A stretch of 64,000 nucleotides of DNA from Amphiscolops sp. MND2022. Taxonomy: Eukaryota. Within the stretch, counting starts at the first letter, position 1. Each line of letters begins with the position of its first letter. Location of the stretch: contig OZ076409.1 of assembly GCA_964187785.1 (NCBI GenBank), positions 73,844,001 to 73,908,000 of the forward strand, read 5' to 3'. The notes under the pieces were generated by a model. That model made no database searches. It worked only from the letters and a program-made list of their open reading frames with translations, and was not told the origin of the DNA. The position numbers and the translations under genes are program-made. Below, one piece after another: positions 20,400 through 32,036 of this stretch.

Positions 20400-23300
20400 A
20401 TGCCTCGTGGTAGAGGGAGAGGAAGGAGTGGCGGTACAGCAAGGAGGAAGTGTGCTGTGCACAATTTGTTTGTTGGAGCAGATGGTGTGTGTGGAAGATG
20501 TGCGTCTCAGGTGGAGCAACAGCAGCAGGTGGAGAGTGATCAAGATGATCAAACAGCCAGTAATGGCAATGTCCCCAATCCCCCAGATGCCCCCAATGGT
20601 GCTGAAAGGTCACAAGTGGAGATGTGTGACAGATGTAGTAGAACTAGCAGCGACTCTTACAGACTTGACTTACACTCTAAACAGAAAGACTCTACTCACA
20701 CTACAATGTTCGGTCGACATATGAATGAAGTTAGCGGAGAAACTGTCAGGATGTGTCAGCAATGCATCGCCTATGACGTCAACCCCAACCGACATAAAGA
20801 TTGGCCCAACGCGTGGCCCAGCGTACTTTATACTTTACTTTTTGAAACTCATAGGTTTAGTTCAAACGCTGAAAAACTGTTTAAAATACTTCCACATGAA
20901 ATTAGGACTTCTTACATGCAACACTTAAACAATGTTTATCCTACTTTTACTTTCAGTAGTCACGATTCGGTTTTCAGGGATATAACTAGGGAAAAAGAAG
21001 ACTTTTGGACTTTAATAAACAGTCGAACTGCGAAAAACTTAATCAATGCTCTTACTAAACACTGTTTTCCTAACATAAGATGCCCAGCTGGATGCTTTGA
21101 ATTTGTCGAAAAGGCTCAAGGAATTTCTTTTGCTCATTTTCTAAACTGGATTTACCCTCTCTTCACTAGTTTCAACGCTGATAGCCGAAAGTTTTTAAAT
21201 GGAATCCGTGATGACTTTACAAAACCTTTAATACTGTTGGAGAAGTTTAAAATTTCACCTTGTCTGGTAAATAATGAAAACGGTTTGCAGTTAGTTACAT
21301 GTAGCGACCACAAAAATGGTGTCAAATTGAAGTATGTTCATGTTCCAACCAACCCAGCAACAGGTAATGTTAGTACACGGTCTGCAGACAGGTTAGCTTT
21401 AATGGTGTCAAGTGTCCGAACGGTAAGACCTTTGAAAATAGGTACTAAAAGTTGTACTTTTACAATGTGTCGCGTTGACAGTGGACGCATCAGCGGTGTG
21501 AGTAGTACTGTTCTCCACAAGTTCCGTAATTTTGAGACTCCCCCTACAGATCGTTTGGTTGAAATCGAAAAACTCATGATTAACTGTAGAAACGATGTCA
21601 AAGATATTATAAGACAATGCTGTGGAAACTTTGAAATAAGTAAGGGTTTAGCCGAGTACTTTCTTGCTGTGGAGTCACCTGTAAGTATTTCTACCATTGA
21701 AGAAAATTGTAAAAGTGCTGTCGTGTTTGACATGGAATCATTGATGAGAATGAAAGACTACGTGGAAAGTTGTCCTGAAGATGTGACCAATCGGGACCTT
21801 GGTTTGGCACCATTGCTTTTAGGACATAAACTCGACGGTTACGGATGTGAGCCTCGGTCTATCGCAAAGACAATTGCCCAGAATTCAGATTTTTTTCCAT
21901 TTGTTTACGTATTCATCAGTCAGGATTTGCTTTTGTCTAAACTATTGAAATTGAGTTCGGGAAATGATCAATTACAACTCCTGTGCAAAACACTCTATAA
22001 ACTTCGAGCAAATTTTTGCACTCGTCACCCATCAAAAATCCAGGTACTATTCCGTAGTTTCCAGGAAGTTTTCACTGCAATTTTTCCAACTGGCTCGATT
22101 CCTTTAAGCAACATAGTAGAGACTTTAGAAAACTGTAGTGTTAAAACATGTCAACGAGGTGAGGTGACAAACGTTAGTATTGACTGTTCGAGGTATGACA
22201 CACTTCTCTTTGTGGCCACAGGTTCCAACACACGTGATTTGCAAGTGCCCTTTGAATTGACTTCAAGTAATGGAACAACTTTTTATTTAACTTTTGTTAG
22301 TTCTGACTCAACTTTAAGTCTCAGGTATGGTCCTCCGTTCTATGGATTCTGGACTGTTAAAAATGACGGAAGTAGACCTGTAAAAGATCCAACTCTAGAG
22401 TACCAGTACAACAGGAACTGGAAATACTTGTTATATGTATCTAAAAGTGACTTGAACGAGGAAACTAAATTACGATACTTGAAATATATGGGAGGACAAG
22501 GTGTCTTTTTTTGTCAAGAACATGTAAAACCGTTATCAACTGATTACTTAAACAGCAATAGAAAATGTAGCATGCCCAAAAATACCGGTGTTTCACAAAT
22601 TTGCACGCGAAAATCTGCTTGGCGGTGTCCGGAAAAAGACTGTTTTGCGTCCGTTTGTAAGACTCATTTCCGAGAATTTTGCGACACGAACGACCGAGTT
22701 AACGTTGATAATGCTCCCTCTACTGATGCCATCCAAGATAGCAGCGATGAAGAAACAGAGTTGCCAATGGACGTCGATGAAGAACCGGATGTCAATCAAC
22801 CTGGACCGAGCTTTGTACTGGATAACCCTCAACGATCCCAAGAAGAACAAGAGGCCAACATGGACGAGTTTGATTGTCCGCAATTGATAGTTGATGCCGG
22901 ATTTCAAGATACGGATGCGTTTGCGACGGACGCTGGCTGTGAGCCCGTTTATCTTTCGAACGACTCTAAATTTGTTCCAATGCATGTACTTTTAAACGGC
23001 GAATGCCAACTGATGAAGCGTTTAAGGTACCCTAAGCATATAGGTAAAAGATTCCAACGCTACTTCCAGAACTTCGTTTCAACTTTGCCTGGCAAGTCGA
23101 TACCTTTGCTTCAACCAGAAGCTTGTTTGTTTCCAAGCATTTTTTATAAACAGCTAGAGGATGGCTCTTTTCCTGGGGCTCTGCCCTTTTTTCTCTACGA
23201 CGATAAAAAAGCAAATTCAAAATTGGACTACGACGGTCTGCATGAACATTTGCGGGTGAGACTTAAAGACGCGACTCTTTTAACTTCAGCTAATTTGTCT

Positions 23301-26300
23301 TACATTATGTACGCGTTCGACAGTGTTTTGAATTTATCGTTGACAAAATGCCACACCAACCAGTTCTTCAAACGTGGCTTACAGACAATCTCCATTGGTA
23401 AGTATAAACCGCGGCAACTGACATCAACGGAATCTGTACTTAAAATGGATAGTGTAGACAGTGACGTGCATGTAAATAGGTTAGGTACTGCCTGTGCTTC
23501 TGAAACACCCGATCTTTTTGTAACGTTCACATGTAATCAAAAAGAACACCCTGGAGTTGCCGAAGTTGTTCAGGCAATTTATGAATTGTACGGCAGTGCT
23601 CCAGTCGAAGAACTAAAAGACGTGCTCCAAGCATACATGGTGATTATCGTAAGATGCTGGACCAGGACGATCGAATTGCTAATTGATTACTTAAGGTTTT
23701 CTGATGAACATATTTTGGGTGAAATTTTGAAGGTTTGGGGTAGGGCTGAGTTCCAGAGTGCCGCAGCGAATTTACAACACTACCACATACTGTTTTGGTT
23801 GAAGAATCTTGTAGAAGATGTTTTGGAGAAAATTGCCTGTGCTCACAAACATGTGTTTCACGAGTTCAAAAAACTTTTTCATGTCAATTTTGGTACCGTT
23901 GATAGCGCTGAACACGCAGGTGAGTTGTTTGACAAATGTGTTCGCGTGCAAACTCACGACTGTGAGAAAGGTCACTGCTTGAAAAAGGTAAGGTTTGATG
24001 GAGAAAGAAAATGTCGTTTCCCACCGTACCCGCAGAGTCATGAACCATGGTATAAGGAGTTTCACCAGCCGCATTCAAAAGAAGCCTTGGAAGCCCTACA
24101 GGAAATTGGGTTGGCCGAACCGCGGCCTGGTTTTTTCAATGAATTGCAGGTAACCTCTGTTTTGAAGGCAGGTAAATACATGTACGCTGCTCAGAGGGGT
24201 GAGCACATGTCTCCTTTGAATGTTGCCTTGTGGAGCATCTGCAAGTCGAGTTTGAATGTTCTAAAAGTTTGCAAATCAGTGGCCTCCCGGTATTTAACAT
24301 CATATGCCGCGGGAAAGGAAGAGCATGCTGACGTTTCAATTAACCCTGATAATGCTCACAATGTCCTAAATGTGCAAGTCCAAAAAATTGAAAACAAAAA
24401 GTTAGGTGGTGTTCGGAAAATTCTTGCTCGAGAGGCTAAAAAGGAAAAAACTCAAGGTATTATTGATTCTACTACGATTGCAAGTACAGAATGTGTGTCG
24501 TGGATGTTACAACTTCCTACGGTAATAACAACAATGGATTTTGTTTCGGTTCCTACAGTGTCGCTTGAAAACCGCGGCGGTGTACTTTTAAAACGAAAAA
24601 ACAACACTCAGTCGAGAGCTAATGTACCCGGTGTAGCAAATGAAGGTCCTGCGGAAATTAGACAACATCATCTGCATTTTCCCCGTCATAGACTTTTCAC
24701 AGGTGGACAAAAAATTGTTATAGAAAGTGTGAATAAAACTCCTTTTAGCACTGATAAAGTAACTGTTTTCTCTTTACGTCCTCCAGAATTGCTGTTTGTG
24801 AATAAATTGAAATTGTATTACAGGTGGTTCGTTAGAGAAAAATTACCCGGTAAAAAAGAAACAATCTGTGTTAGGTTTTTGAAAAATGATGTTAAAGATT
24901 CAACCTGGGTGGATGGTGAAAATTATGCCATTCGATTGAGACCTTGCGCTGTTGGTGAATTTTCAAACTATGTTCAGGAATGTTTACTTACAACTCCAGC
25001 CGATGACAGACTTAATGACGCTTGGCGTGTGATCACTGAAGTTTTGAATGTTGCTTCACACCAAAATCGTTCTTTTTTCGTTTCTGCAGACCCCAATTTG
25101 TCAAACACTCCCGCCGAAGTTGTGTTTTCTAAAGTTTATCCTCGAAGCCCGGCGAACTTTTTGATTCACTTTTTGCTTTCAAATGCTTGTTTTGAAACAG
25201 AACTAGAACTTTTTGACGTGCCAACACTAAAAGATGCTTATATCAAAGGTAAAATTGTTCCCGACAAACAGGTTTTTGACACTGATGATTGCAATGAACT
25301 TTTGAAAAAGTACGTTTTGGAACAGCTTCGATACCTACCAGGTGGCACCAGATCTTTTGATGGTAACGTATTGGCTGCAAAATCTGCATTTAAAGGAATG
25401 TTGATAGATAACGACATCTACAACGAAGGTCTTCCCATAACGACAATGGATACTTTGACTGAAGCATTAGAAGACAAAGCGAAAAAAATGCTTCGACAGT
25501 CCCAAGTAAACATAATAAAGTCGTTGACTCAAAAAAATTTACCAAGTTTTCCGTCTTCAGCTGACTTTGAAACAGTTACGAAAGAAACACCTTCGAATTG
25601 GTCAGCTGAATTGATAGCTAATGTTTTTCAATCCGCTGAGTCGCTACAAGAACAGTCGTTAATTTTAGAAACTCTAAAAAATTTGATTACTGACATTTTG
25701 TTTTCAGGTCACAAGTTTAATAAACATCAGCTAATTTTAGGTCCCCCCGGCACTGGTAAGACTTACGTGTTAACAATGGCTTTAGGTTTTGCTCTGTCGA
25801 AAGGTTTGTTTTGTCTTGTGACAAGTCTTGCATCAAGAAGATCGATGCACTTTGGCGGTGAACATATACATAAACTGTTTTGTTTGCCCCCGTGTTCGAA
25901 AGGCTCGCCAATCAAAATGGCTGAGCAGGCACTGACAAAACTGGATCACAGAAATGACAAGAAGATGCTCCTCCTGGCTTTGGAAGTGCTGTTCGTGGAA
26001 GAGGTAAGCTTGATAAGCGCCGAACAGTGGTCTGCTATGGACATTACACTTCAGGAGTTGAAGCAGTCAACTTTGCCTTTCGGTGGCGTTCTGGTAATTG
26101 CGAGTGGAGATCAGATGCAACTACCCTCCATCGACGGCAATGACATCTTCCTTAGTCCCGTTCTGTTGACAAACTTTGCGTTGTTTTTTCTCGGACATTT
26201 CGTTCGGATGACTGATCAAGCTGGTCAAACTGTGCTTCGTCACATGTGGAAGCGTCCGATTAATCCTGCCGCTGTCGCTGAAATTCTGGCCATTTTGGAT

Positions 26301-27527
26301 GCCAAGTGTACGTTTAAAGACAGTTGGGCGGATCTCCGCGACCAATGTGTCATGCGTGTTTTCGGAAAGCGGAAAGCCGAGCAAAGGGAGTTCGATAGTC
26401 ACATTGAGCGAGTACGCGGCTCCGGAAATCCGTTTAAGATCTTTGAAGCTACGGACGAAATTTGTCTTAGTAAAAGCTCTGTTTGGAACGTAACCGAATC
26501 AACTCAGGTAAGTAACCACTTGAACGATAAGGTGAATGAGCCGAAAAAGTTGATAGTTTACAAGAAAGCTCTTGTGAGGGTAACCGTCAATTTGGAAAGC
26601 GAGCAGTTGTCTCAAGGTCAGGTAGGTGTAGTCCACGAGGTTCCCACCGGTGACTCGGTCACGGTGTACATCCCTGACACCAGTGGTGGAGACGTTGACA
26701 TCACTCAGGCGATGCTGGACAACGAGGAGTACCTAAACTGGCGCTCAGTCACCCTTACGAGACACACAGGGTTTGTGCAGCCGTTCAGGAAGAATTCGAT
26801 TCGCAGAACGCAGATTCCTTTGATGAATAACGTTGCGATGACCGTGCACAAACTAATGGGTGACACGTTCGACAAGCTGGCTACGTCTATCTCGGCAACC
26901 GACAGCAGCTATGCCTTGTGGATGACGTCTCAAGTTTTCGTAATTGTGAGTCGGGTGAAGCAACTGAAAAATCTCACGTTTGTCGGAAACAAGTCAGCTA
27001 CGTTGGACGCAATAAGATTGATTTTTGAAACTAGGGACTTGCGAGAAGAGCGTCTTTTCAGGTTGTTAGATCAAATTCGGAACAATTCAAGATCTGGTTC
27101 CATTGTTCAACCAATCGATGTTACACAGATGTCTTATGTCCCGTTCAACAAAAACATTCCGCGATCTCCAACTGGTTTCGTGTATCTTTTGACAAGCCTA
27201 AACCCAACATCGCCCGAAACTTTTTACGTTGGCCAAACAGAGCGCGCCTTGTTGACACGTTTGTCTGAGCATAATTGTGGAAACGGCTCGGAATTTACAA
27301 AACCGCCGCACCGGTTGCCTTGGGCCGTCGCTGCATTCATATGCAATTTTGACTCGAAATTTTCTCGCCGTGATCTCGAACAAGAACTTCATCGAGAAAT
27401 GTTTGTACGCCGCAATCGTTTGAAAACCCTGAATGACATGATCGCCCTTTTCCAAGAGAAAGTTTCTGATTTGAACTGCGGCCTTCATTTTTGCGTGTGC
27501 GGTGAGTATCGGGCTACTTCAAGTTGA
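20400..27527 (+). CDS. RepHel-GIY-YIG transposase, second intact copy (2375 aa)
   Basis: Same Rep (DLFVTFTCN, QHYHIL, RYLTSY), helicase (GPPGTGKT, VEEVS, GDQMQLP, HKLMGDT, SRV) and GIY-YIG (GFVY...YVG...R...H) motifs as 7942-15063. Many third-position differences and no stops. Confidence 0.93.
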   Translation: MPRGRGRGRSGGTARRKCAVHNLFVGADGVCGRCASQVEQQQQVESDQDDQTASNGNVPNPPDAPNGAERSQVEMCDRCSRTSSDSYRLDLHSKQKDSTHTTMFGRHMNEVSGETVRMCQQCIAYDVNPNRHKDWPNAWPSVLYTLLFETHRFSSNAEKLFKILPHEIRTSYMQHLNNVYPTFTFSSHDSVFRDITREKEDFWTLINSRTAKNLINALTKHCFPNIRCPAGCFEFVEKAQGISFAHFLNWIYPLFTSFNADSRKFLNGIRDDFTKPLILLEKFKISPCLVNNENGLQLVTCSDHKNGVKLKYVHVPTNPATGNVSTRSADRLALMVSSVRTVRPLKIGTKSCTFTMCRVDSGRISGVSSTVLHKFRNFETPPTDRLVEIEKLMINCRNDVKDIIRQCCGNFEISKGLAEYFLAVESPVSISTIEENCKSAVVFDMESLMRMKDYVESCPEDVTNRDLGLAPLLLGHKLDGYGCEPRSIAKTIAQNSDFFPFVYVFISQDLLLSKLLKLSSGNDQLQLLCKTLYKLRANFCTRHPSKIQVLFRSFQEVFTAIFPTGSIPLSNIVETLENCSVKTCQRGEVTNVSIDCSRYDTLLFVATGSNTRDLQVPFELTSSNGTTFYLTFVSSDSTLSLRYGPPFYGFWTVKNDGSRPVKDPTLEYQYNRNWKYLLYVSKSDLNEETKLRYLKYMGGQGVFFCQEHVKPLSTDYLNSNRKCSMPKNTGVSQICTRKSAWRCPEKDCFASVCKTHFREFCDTNDRVNVDNAPSTDAIQDSSDEETELPMDVDEEPDVNQPGPSFVLDNPQRSQEEQEANMDEFDCPQLIVDAGFQDTDAFATDAGCEPVYLSNDSKFVPMHVLLNGECQLMKRLRYPKHIGKRFQRYFQNFVSTLPGKSIPLLQPEACLFPSIFYKQLEDGSFPGALPFFLYDDKKANSKLDYDGLHEHLRVRLKDATLLTSANLSYIMYAFDSVLNLSLTKCHTNQFFKRGLQTISIGKYKPRQLTSTESVLKMDSVDSDVHVNRLGTACASETPDLFVTFTCNQKEHPGVAEVVQAIYELYGSAPVEELKDVLQAYMVIIVRCWTRTIELLIDYLRFSDEHILGEILKVWGRAEFQSAAANLQHYHILFWLKNLVEDVLEKIACAHKHVFHEFKKLFHVNFGTVDSAEHAGELFDKCVRVQTHDCEKGHCLKKVRFDGERKCRFPPYPQSHEPWYKEFHQPHSKEALEALQEIGLAEPRPGFFNELQVTSVLKAGKYMYAAQRGEHMSPLNVALWSICKSSLNVLKVCKSVASRYLTSYAAGKEEHADVSINPDNAHNVLNVQVQKIENKKLGGVRKILAREAKKEKTQGIIDSTTIASTECVSWMLQLPTVITTMDFVSVPTVSLENRGGVLLKRKNNTQSRANVPGVANEGPAEIRQHHLHFPRHRLFTGGQKIVIESVNKTPFSTDKVTVFSLRPPELLFVNKLKLYYRWFVREKLPGKKETICVRFLKNDVKDSTWVDGENYAIRLRPCAVGEFSNYVQECLLTTPADDRLNDAWRVITEVLNVASHQNRSFFVSADPNLSNTPAEVVFSKVYPRSPANFLIHFLLSNACFETELELFDVPTLKDAYIKGKIVPDKQVFDTDDCNELLKKYVLEQLRYLPGGTRSFDGNVLAAKSAFKGMLIDNDIYNEGLPITTMDTLTEALEDKAKKMLRQSQVNIIKSLTQKNLPSFPSSADFETVTKETPSNWSAELIANVFQSAESLQEQSLILETLKNLITDILFSGHKFNKHQLILGPPGTGKTYVLTMALGFALSKGLFCLVTSLASRRSMHFGGEHIHKLFCLPPCSKGSPIKMAEQALTKLDHRNDKKMLLLALEVLFVEEVSLISAEQWSAMDITLQELKQSTLPFGGVLVIASGDQMQLPSIDGNDIFLSPVLLTNFALFFLGHFVRMTDQAGQTVLRHMWKRPINPAAVAEILAILDAKCTFKDSWADLRDQCVMRVFGKRKAEQREFDSHIERVRGSGNPFKIFEATDEICLSKSSVWNVTESTQVSNHLNDKVNEPKKLIVYKKALVRVTVNLESEQLSQGQVGVVHEVPTGDSVTVYIPDTSGGDVDITQAMLDNEEYLNWRSVTLTRHTGFVQPFRKNSIRRTQIPLMNNVAMTVHKLMGDTFDKLATSISATDSSYALWMTSQVFVIVSRVKQLKNLTFVGNKSATLDAIRLIFETRDLREERLFRLLDQIRNNSRSGSIVQPIDVTQMSYVPFNKNIPRSPTGFVYLLTSLNPTSPETFYVGQTERALLTRLSEHNCGNGSEFTKPPHRLPWAVAAFICNFDSKFSRRDLEQELHREMFVRRNRLKTLNDMIALFQEKVSDLNCGLHFCVCGEYRATSS

Positions 27528-28545
27528 ACATCGTAAAAGCTAAAAAGTAGGGGAAGCACATAGTTCTACTCTGATAGTGAACGTGTGTTGTTCTCCACAT
27601 TAGGTTTAAAAACAACATGTAATTTTGTGTAAAATTGTAAAAGTAGGCACTGTAGGATATCGCACAAAGTTCTACTACACAGGGTGGACACCGTGCGATA
27701 CTCTGTTTGTTCACTGTAGGTTAGTTTGCTGGAATCGACGGAGAGCGTGGTTCCAGGTAGGTTTATATTAGGTTAGTTAGCTGGAATCGACGATGAGCGT
27801 GGTTCCAGGTAGGTTTAAATTAGGTTGGTTTGCTGGAATCGACGATGAGCGTGGTTCCGGAAGTGCTCAATCAGAATAAAAAAATTCATTTAGGTTTTGA
27901 AACATCATGTAGCTTCGAGGTATGTTGCCCTTTTGAGCCATCTGCCTCTTAAAACTAGAACTTGAAGTAACCTTCATTCTATTTTTCAAGTGTATCCTTG
28001 TGTGTTGCCCTTTTGAGCCATCCGCAATGATACACTTCTTTTTTTTTGAAAATGGAGGTTAACCTGGTAAAAATGACAGCGATCCAGTTGAAGAAGAAGA
28101 CGATGAAGAACGATGTCGCGGACAGCAGACGATGGTGCAGCTGAAGCAGAGCAGATGATGACGATCTAGAAGCAAGACCCCAGTGTAAAAGCTTGTGTAG
28201 CCCTTTTGAGCCTTCCAAGCTTATACACTAAATATAAAAATGAAAGTCTTAACAAATATAACCAGTGTGGCAGCACGTGTAGCCCTTCTGAGCCTTCCGT
28301 GCTGAGACACTCTCCTTAATAAAAATAGGTCGAGAAATTCTAAAATCGGAATTATTAGACCAAAACATGACTTCCCTAAAACTGACTTTTTTCTACTTCG
28401 GACTTTTTGACTAAAAGACTCCAAGACTGAGACTTAATTGACTTTTTTCTAAAACCTAACCGTCCTTTTTCCTTACGTAGTGAGAATGAGTGGAGTTGAG
28501 CATTGAGACGTTTTTGGATACATTCAAACTAGTGTTTATACCAGA

Positions 28546-29030
28546 GCGTCCAGATGAAGAAGAAAGAAGAATCGGAAGATGAGAATAATTAATATGTATA
28601 ATAGTAATAATTATAGTAGTTGCGTCCAGATGAAGAAGAAAGAAGATTCGGAAGATGAGAGTAATTGATATTTATAATAGTAATATTTATAGTAGGTGCG
28701 TCCAGATGAAGAAGAAAGAAGATTCGGAAGTAGAGAATAAATAATATTTATAATAGTAATATTTATAGTAGGTGCGTCCAGATGAAGAAGAAAGAAGATT
28801 CGGAAGTAGAGAATAAATAATATTTATAATAGTAATATTTATAGTAGCTGCGTCCAGATGAAGAAGAAAGAAGATTCGGAAGATGAGAGTAATTGATATT
28901 TATAATAGTAATATTTATAGTAGGTGCGTCCAGATGAAGAAGAAAGAAGATTCGGAAGTAGAGAATAAATAATATTTATAATAGTAATATTTATAGTAGG
29001 TGCGTCCAGATGAAGAAGAAAGAAGAAAAG
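28546..29030 (+). repeat. 76-bp tandem repeat, ~6.4 copies
   Basis: gcgtccagatgaagaagaaagaagattcggaag...atagtaggt at 28546, 28622, 28698, 28774, 28850, 28926 and 29002. Confidence 0.93.
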
Positions 29031-29218
29031 AAGACGGTCCAGAACACGGAAAGAAGATTTGGGAAAAGATTATAATAACTCTGACATGTTTTTGTACTTC
29101 ACTTTTTTGAAAGGTTGTAGGTTCAGAATAGGCTGTAGTGATTAGGTTGTATAAATTTCATTGTTCGGCATGATATGCAAATCACTGGGAGCCCTAACCG
29201 ATAGTCCTCGTTTTGTAG

Positions 29219-29878
29219 ATGACAATGAACAGCCCAAGCGTCGTAATTATTGGAGCAAGTAACCTGGTGTCGAAGAAGAAAGAGCCCCTTGAAGCCTGTA
29301 ACTGTTTGACTCCCGAATGCACGAGAAAAGACGAACACCTTACGAACCTGCCAGAGAATTCAACATTTCAAATTTTTGCTCAACCAGGGGCTAAAATAAA
29401 CCATCCGAATGAAGTCAAGTCTGCCGAAACCTTGTTCAAAAAAGCTCTAGCACTCAGGCCCAAGACCATCGTTTTTTACATGGATATTATAATGAATTCC
29501 TTGACTAGTCCTCCCTGGTTGCCAAATTTACCTGTTTTGAGTCCACAAGAAGTTCTACGAAAATTGTTTGTTTTTGAAAGAAAAGCTAACGCCCAAGATA
29601 TTAAGTTTGTTGTTGTTTTATGTAGGCGAAGGAAAGAGGATAAGCTAAAACTGCAACCTGGAACGTCACGTCAGGCTGGAGATGCACCCTTACCATTTGA
29701 CTCCGATTCAACTCTTGACAATGAAATGAATACCTTACTGAAAGAAAATTTTTTTTACTATAGTGATTTAAAACTCTCCAATGCAGCCTTCAAGATCAAC
29801 GATTCAGCTCATCAGACTCAACTTTCACTCAATTTGTCCCTTGGGAAAATTATTCGTTTTTTTAATAAGGACACCTAA
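29219..29878 (+). CDS. Divergent SGNH-hydrolase-like protein (219 aa)
   Basis: N-terminal VVIIGASN (block I-like), AQPGAK (block II-like), IMNSL (block III-like) and C-terminal NDSAH (DxxH). Preceded by an acceptor-like ttttgtag. Confidence 0.55.
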   Translation: MTMNSPSVVIIGASNLVSKKKEPLEACNCLTPECTRKDEHLTNLPENSTFQIFAQPGAKINHPNEVKSAETLFKKALALRPKTIVFYMDIIMNSLTSPPWLPNLPVLSPQEVLRKLFVFERKANAQDIKFVVVLCRRRKEDKLKLQPGTSRQAGDAPLPFDSDSTLDNEMNTLLKENFFYYSDLKLSNAAFKINDSAHQTQLSLNLSLGKIIRFFNKDT

Positions 29879-30962
29879 TTCACTTGCTCTGTCAGTTTAA
29901 GCGCTTTAGCGTCTTAAACTGACCCCTTTTCCTCTCTCTTTTCTTCTTTTCCGCCTTTTTCTTTTTAATAGGGTTCTGGCGACGTGGAAGAGAAGGAGAG
30001 GAAACCTGGCCTGCTTGCAGGATTGCCAGCTGTCTTCGCGGAAATTGTTGTGCCTGTCTACGTCCTTGCCGCAACTTGGACCCGAAGCAGCTGTCTCACA
30101 AATCAAAAACAAAGAAATTCCAAAAAAAATCATAAAACTTCAAAAAAACCCCAAAAAAAAACAAAAAAACCCATAAAAACCAAAAAAACTTAAAACAAAA
30201 ATATAACCAAAACCCCAAAAAAAACAAAAACTCAATTCAGAGAAATGCACAAACAAACGAAAAACCAGAAAACCTTAAAACAAAACTCGGAAACATATCT
30301 TACCAAAAGTGAAATCTCAAAAATCCTAAAACCTTGAAAAGTAGAGCAAAACTTTCCAAAAAATCCTTACAACTTAAAAACTATAAAACTTTCTTGTTTT
30401 CCAACTTTTTTCTTTTGCACTCTGTCTAAAGAGAATATTAACACTTTTAGTCTTTATGTAACGATTCCAATTTTATTTGTGAAGTAAATACTGTCAATTA
30501 AAATTTTTTCGTTAAAAAGTCTTTTGACATAAAAAAAAACAATTTTCGAGTATTTTTTCCTTGGAATCCTACTTTCTAAAATTCACATGTTTGCTTAAGC
30601 TTCTTCATACCCTGCATTTTCTTTACTGTTTGAGGATTCCACTATAAATTTTTTTTGCCCATTCCGAACTCAGCAGATACATGTCCTAATTTTCATTGAA
30701 GTTTGCCTTTGGTTCAATGCCTTTTGTTTTTTAAGCTCCTTCAAAACTCTCAAATACATGCGAAAAAATGTTTTTAGTAGAAAAAAAATGAAAAAAATCC
30801 TAACGAGATGTCCCCTGGAGAAGATTCCAGCACTGTTTGTGTATCAACAGTTCGGTAATGGGTCTACAATGAAATTTAGGTTAACCTCCATTTTGTATTC
30901 GTATGGTCTTTTACTCTTGGAATGTGAAAACTGAAATTTTTGGTTGCTTTTCCAGATTCAAA

Positions 30963-32036
30963 ATGCCCGGTTTCTTGAAGGCAAATCTAAGCGAAGCCCA
31001 GGCTCAAAGTCTCCTGTGTAGGTTTACTCAAAGTTCAGTCGACGAGATAACCAGCGGCGAACCCTCGTCTCGACTGTATAGACTGTCTGCCGTGCTGTTA
31101 TATGTAACACAGCCGACAAGAAAGATTTCATTCAATAAACAAACCAAGAATTTTGGGTCTCGCAAAATGGAGGTGGACAAATACCACCGGTTTGTGGTAT
31201 TTGGTATCCCAGGTACAACAACTATAGTGGCGATGTTTTCGCCCAATAGCGAAGAGTCGCGTCGACTCTTCAGGTACAACATCGGACCGGGTAGCCATGT
31301 TCAAATATTGAAACCGACCTTGGAAGGTCAACTGTCCAGAGGTGGCAGTTGCCTCATTTCAACTAAGGAGCCGTTGGTACCCTCCATCGAGCCTAACGAT
31401 GACATTACTTTACCGCCGTACGACGTGGAAGGAAGTTGTATCGAATTCCGGTACTTCAGTTTTGTCACGAAAAATCTATTGGTCGACAGTGCGGTGATTG
31501 CGGAGAGTGTGTGCCCAGGTAAGCTTTGCGACGGGCAAACTTACCACGAAAATTGCCCCTGTCTGGAAACATCACAGACAAAAATTTGGAACTTATTGTT
31601 CGACTTGAAATGCCCAGAAATGAGCAATAATCACTCCGAGATAATAAGCTTTTATTCTAACGAGACAACGGGGTACTTCGTGACGCCAGCGACACGAAAA
31701 TTGAAGGGCGATTCCGACCGAATAGACAGGTTCGATCTGGATAATTCTGTACAACTGTTGGTGCAATCTGTCAATGAAACGTGTGGATTCAGAGTCTCCG
31801 GCTGGTTCAAACCAGCGATTGATGAAGAGGGGACAACGCTTGAACATAAAAATTTTCACGTCTGCTCATTGAAACCTGAAAGTCCTTTAACGTCTGAACA
31901 GGAAGGACTGAAATACAGCACCGAAACGACGTCAACTGGTGCTTCAGCTGTTACAGCCGAAACAGGCTCAGATCCAACTCCGAGTTCAAATGCAACTGCA
32001 CCTCCGGACTTGACTGCGGCCCCGGATACACAATGA
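30963..32036 (+). CDS. Accessory putative OB-fold/Zn ssDNA-binding protein, homolog of 16682-17650 (probable start MPGFLK at 30963)
   Basis: Motif-level homology to the 322-aa ORF. ATG at 30963 follows tttccag. Low-complexity Thr/Ala/Pro/Ser tail. Confidence 0.7.
   Translation: MPGFLKANLSEAQAQSLLCRFTQSSVDEITSGEPSSRLYRLSAVLLYVTQPTRKISFNKQTKNFGSRKMEVDKYHRFVVFGIPGTTTIVAMFSPNSEESRRLFRYNIGPGSHVQILKPTLEGQLSRGGSCLISTKEPLVPSIEPNDDITLPPYDVEGSCIEFRYFSFVTKNLLVDSAVIAESVCPGKLCDGQTYHENCPCLETSQTKIWNLLFDLKCPEMSNNHSEIISFYSNETTGYFVTPATRKLKGDSDRIDRFDLDNSVQLLVQSVNETCGFRVSGWFKPAIDEEGTTLEHKNFHVCSLKPESPLTSEQEGLKYSTETTSTGASAVTAETGSDPTPSSNATAPPDLTAAPDTQ

Noticed and set aside
27920..28025. Histone 3' stem-loop resemblance of gcccttttgagcc
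   Set aside because: It does not form the 6-bp stem with 4-nt loop consensus, and no histone gene is present.
29984..30400. Lys-rich ORF in an A/C-rich tract
   Set aside because: Low-complexity sequence with a non-ATG start and no homolog in element 1.
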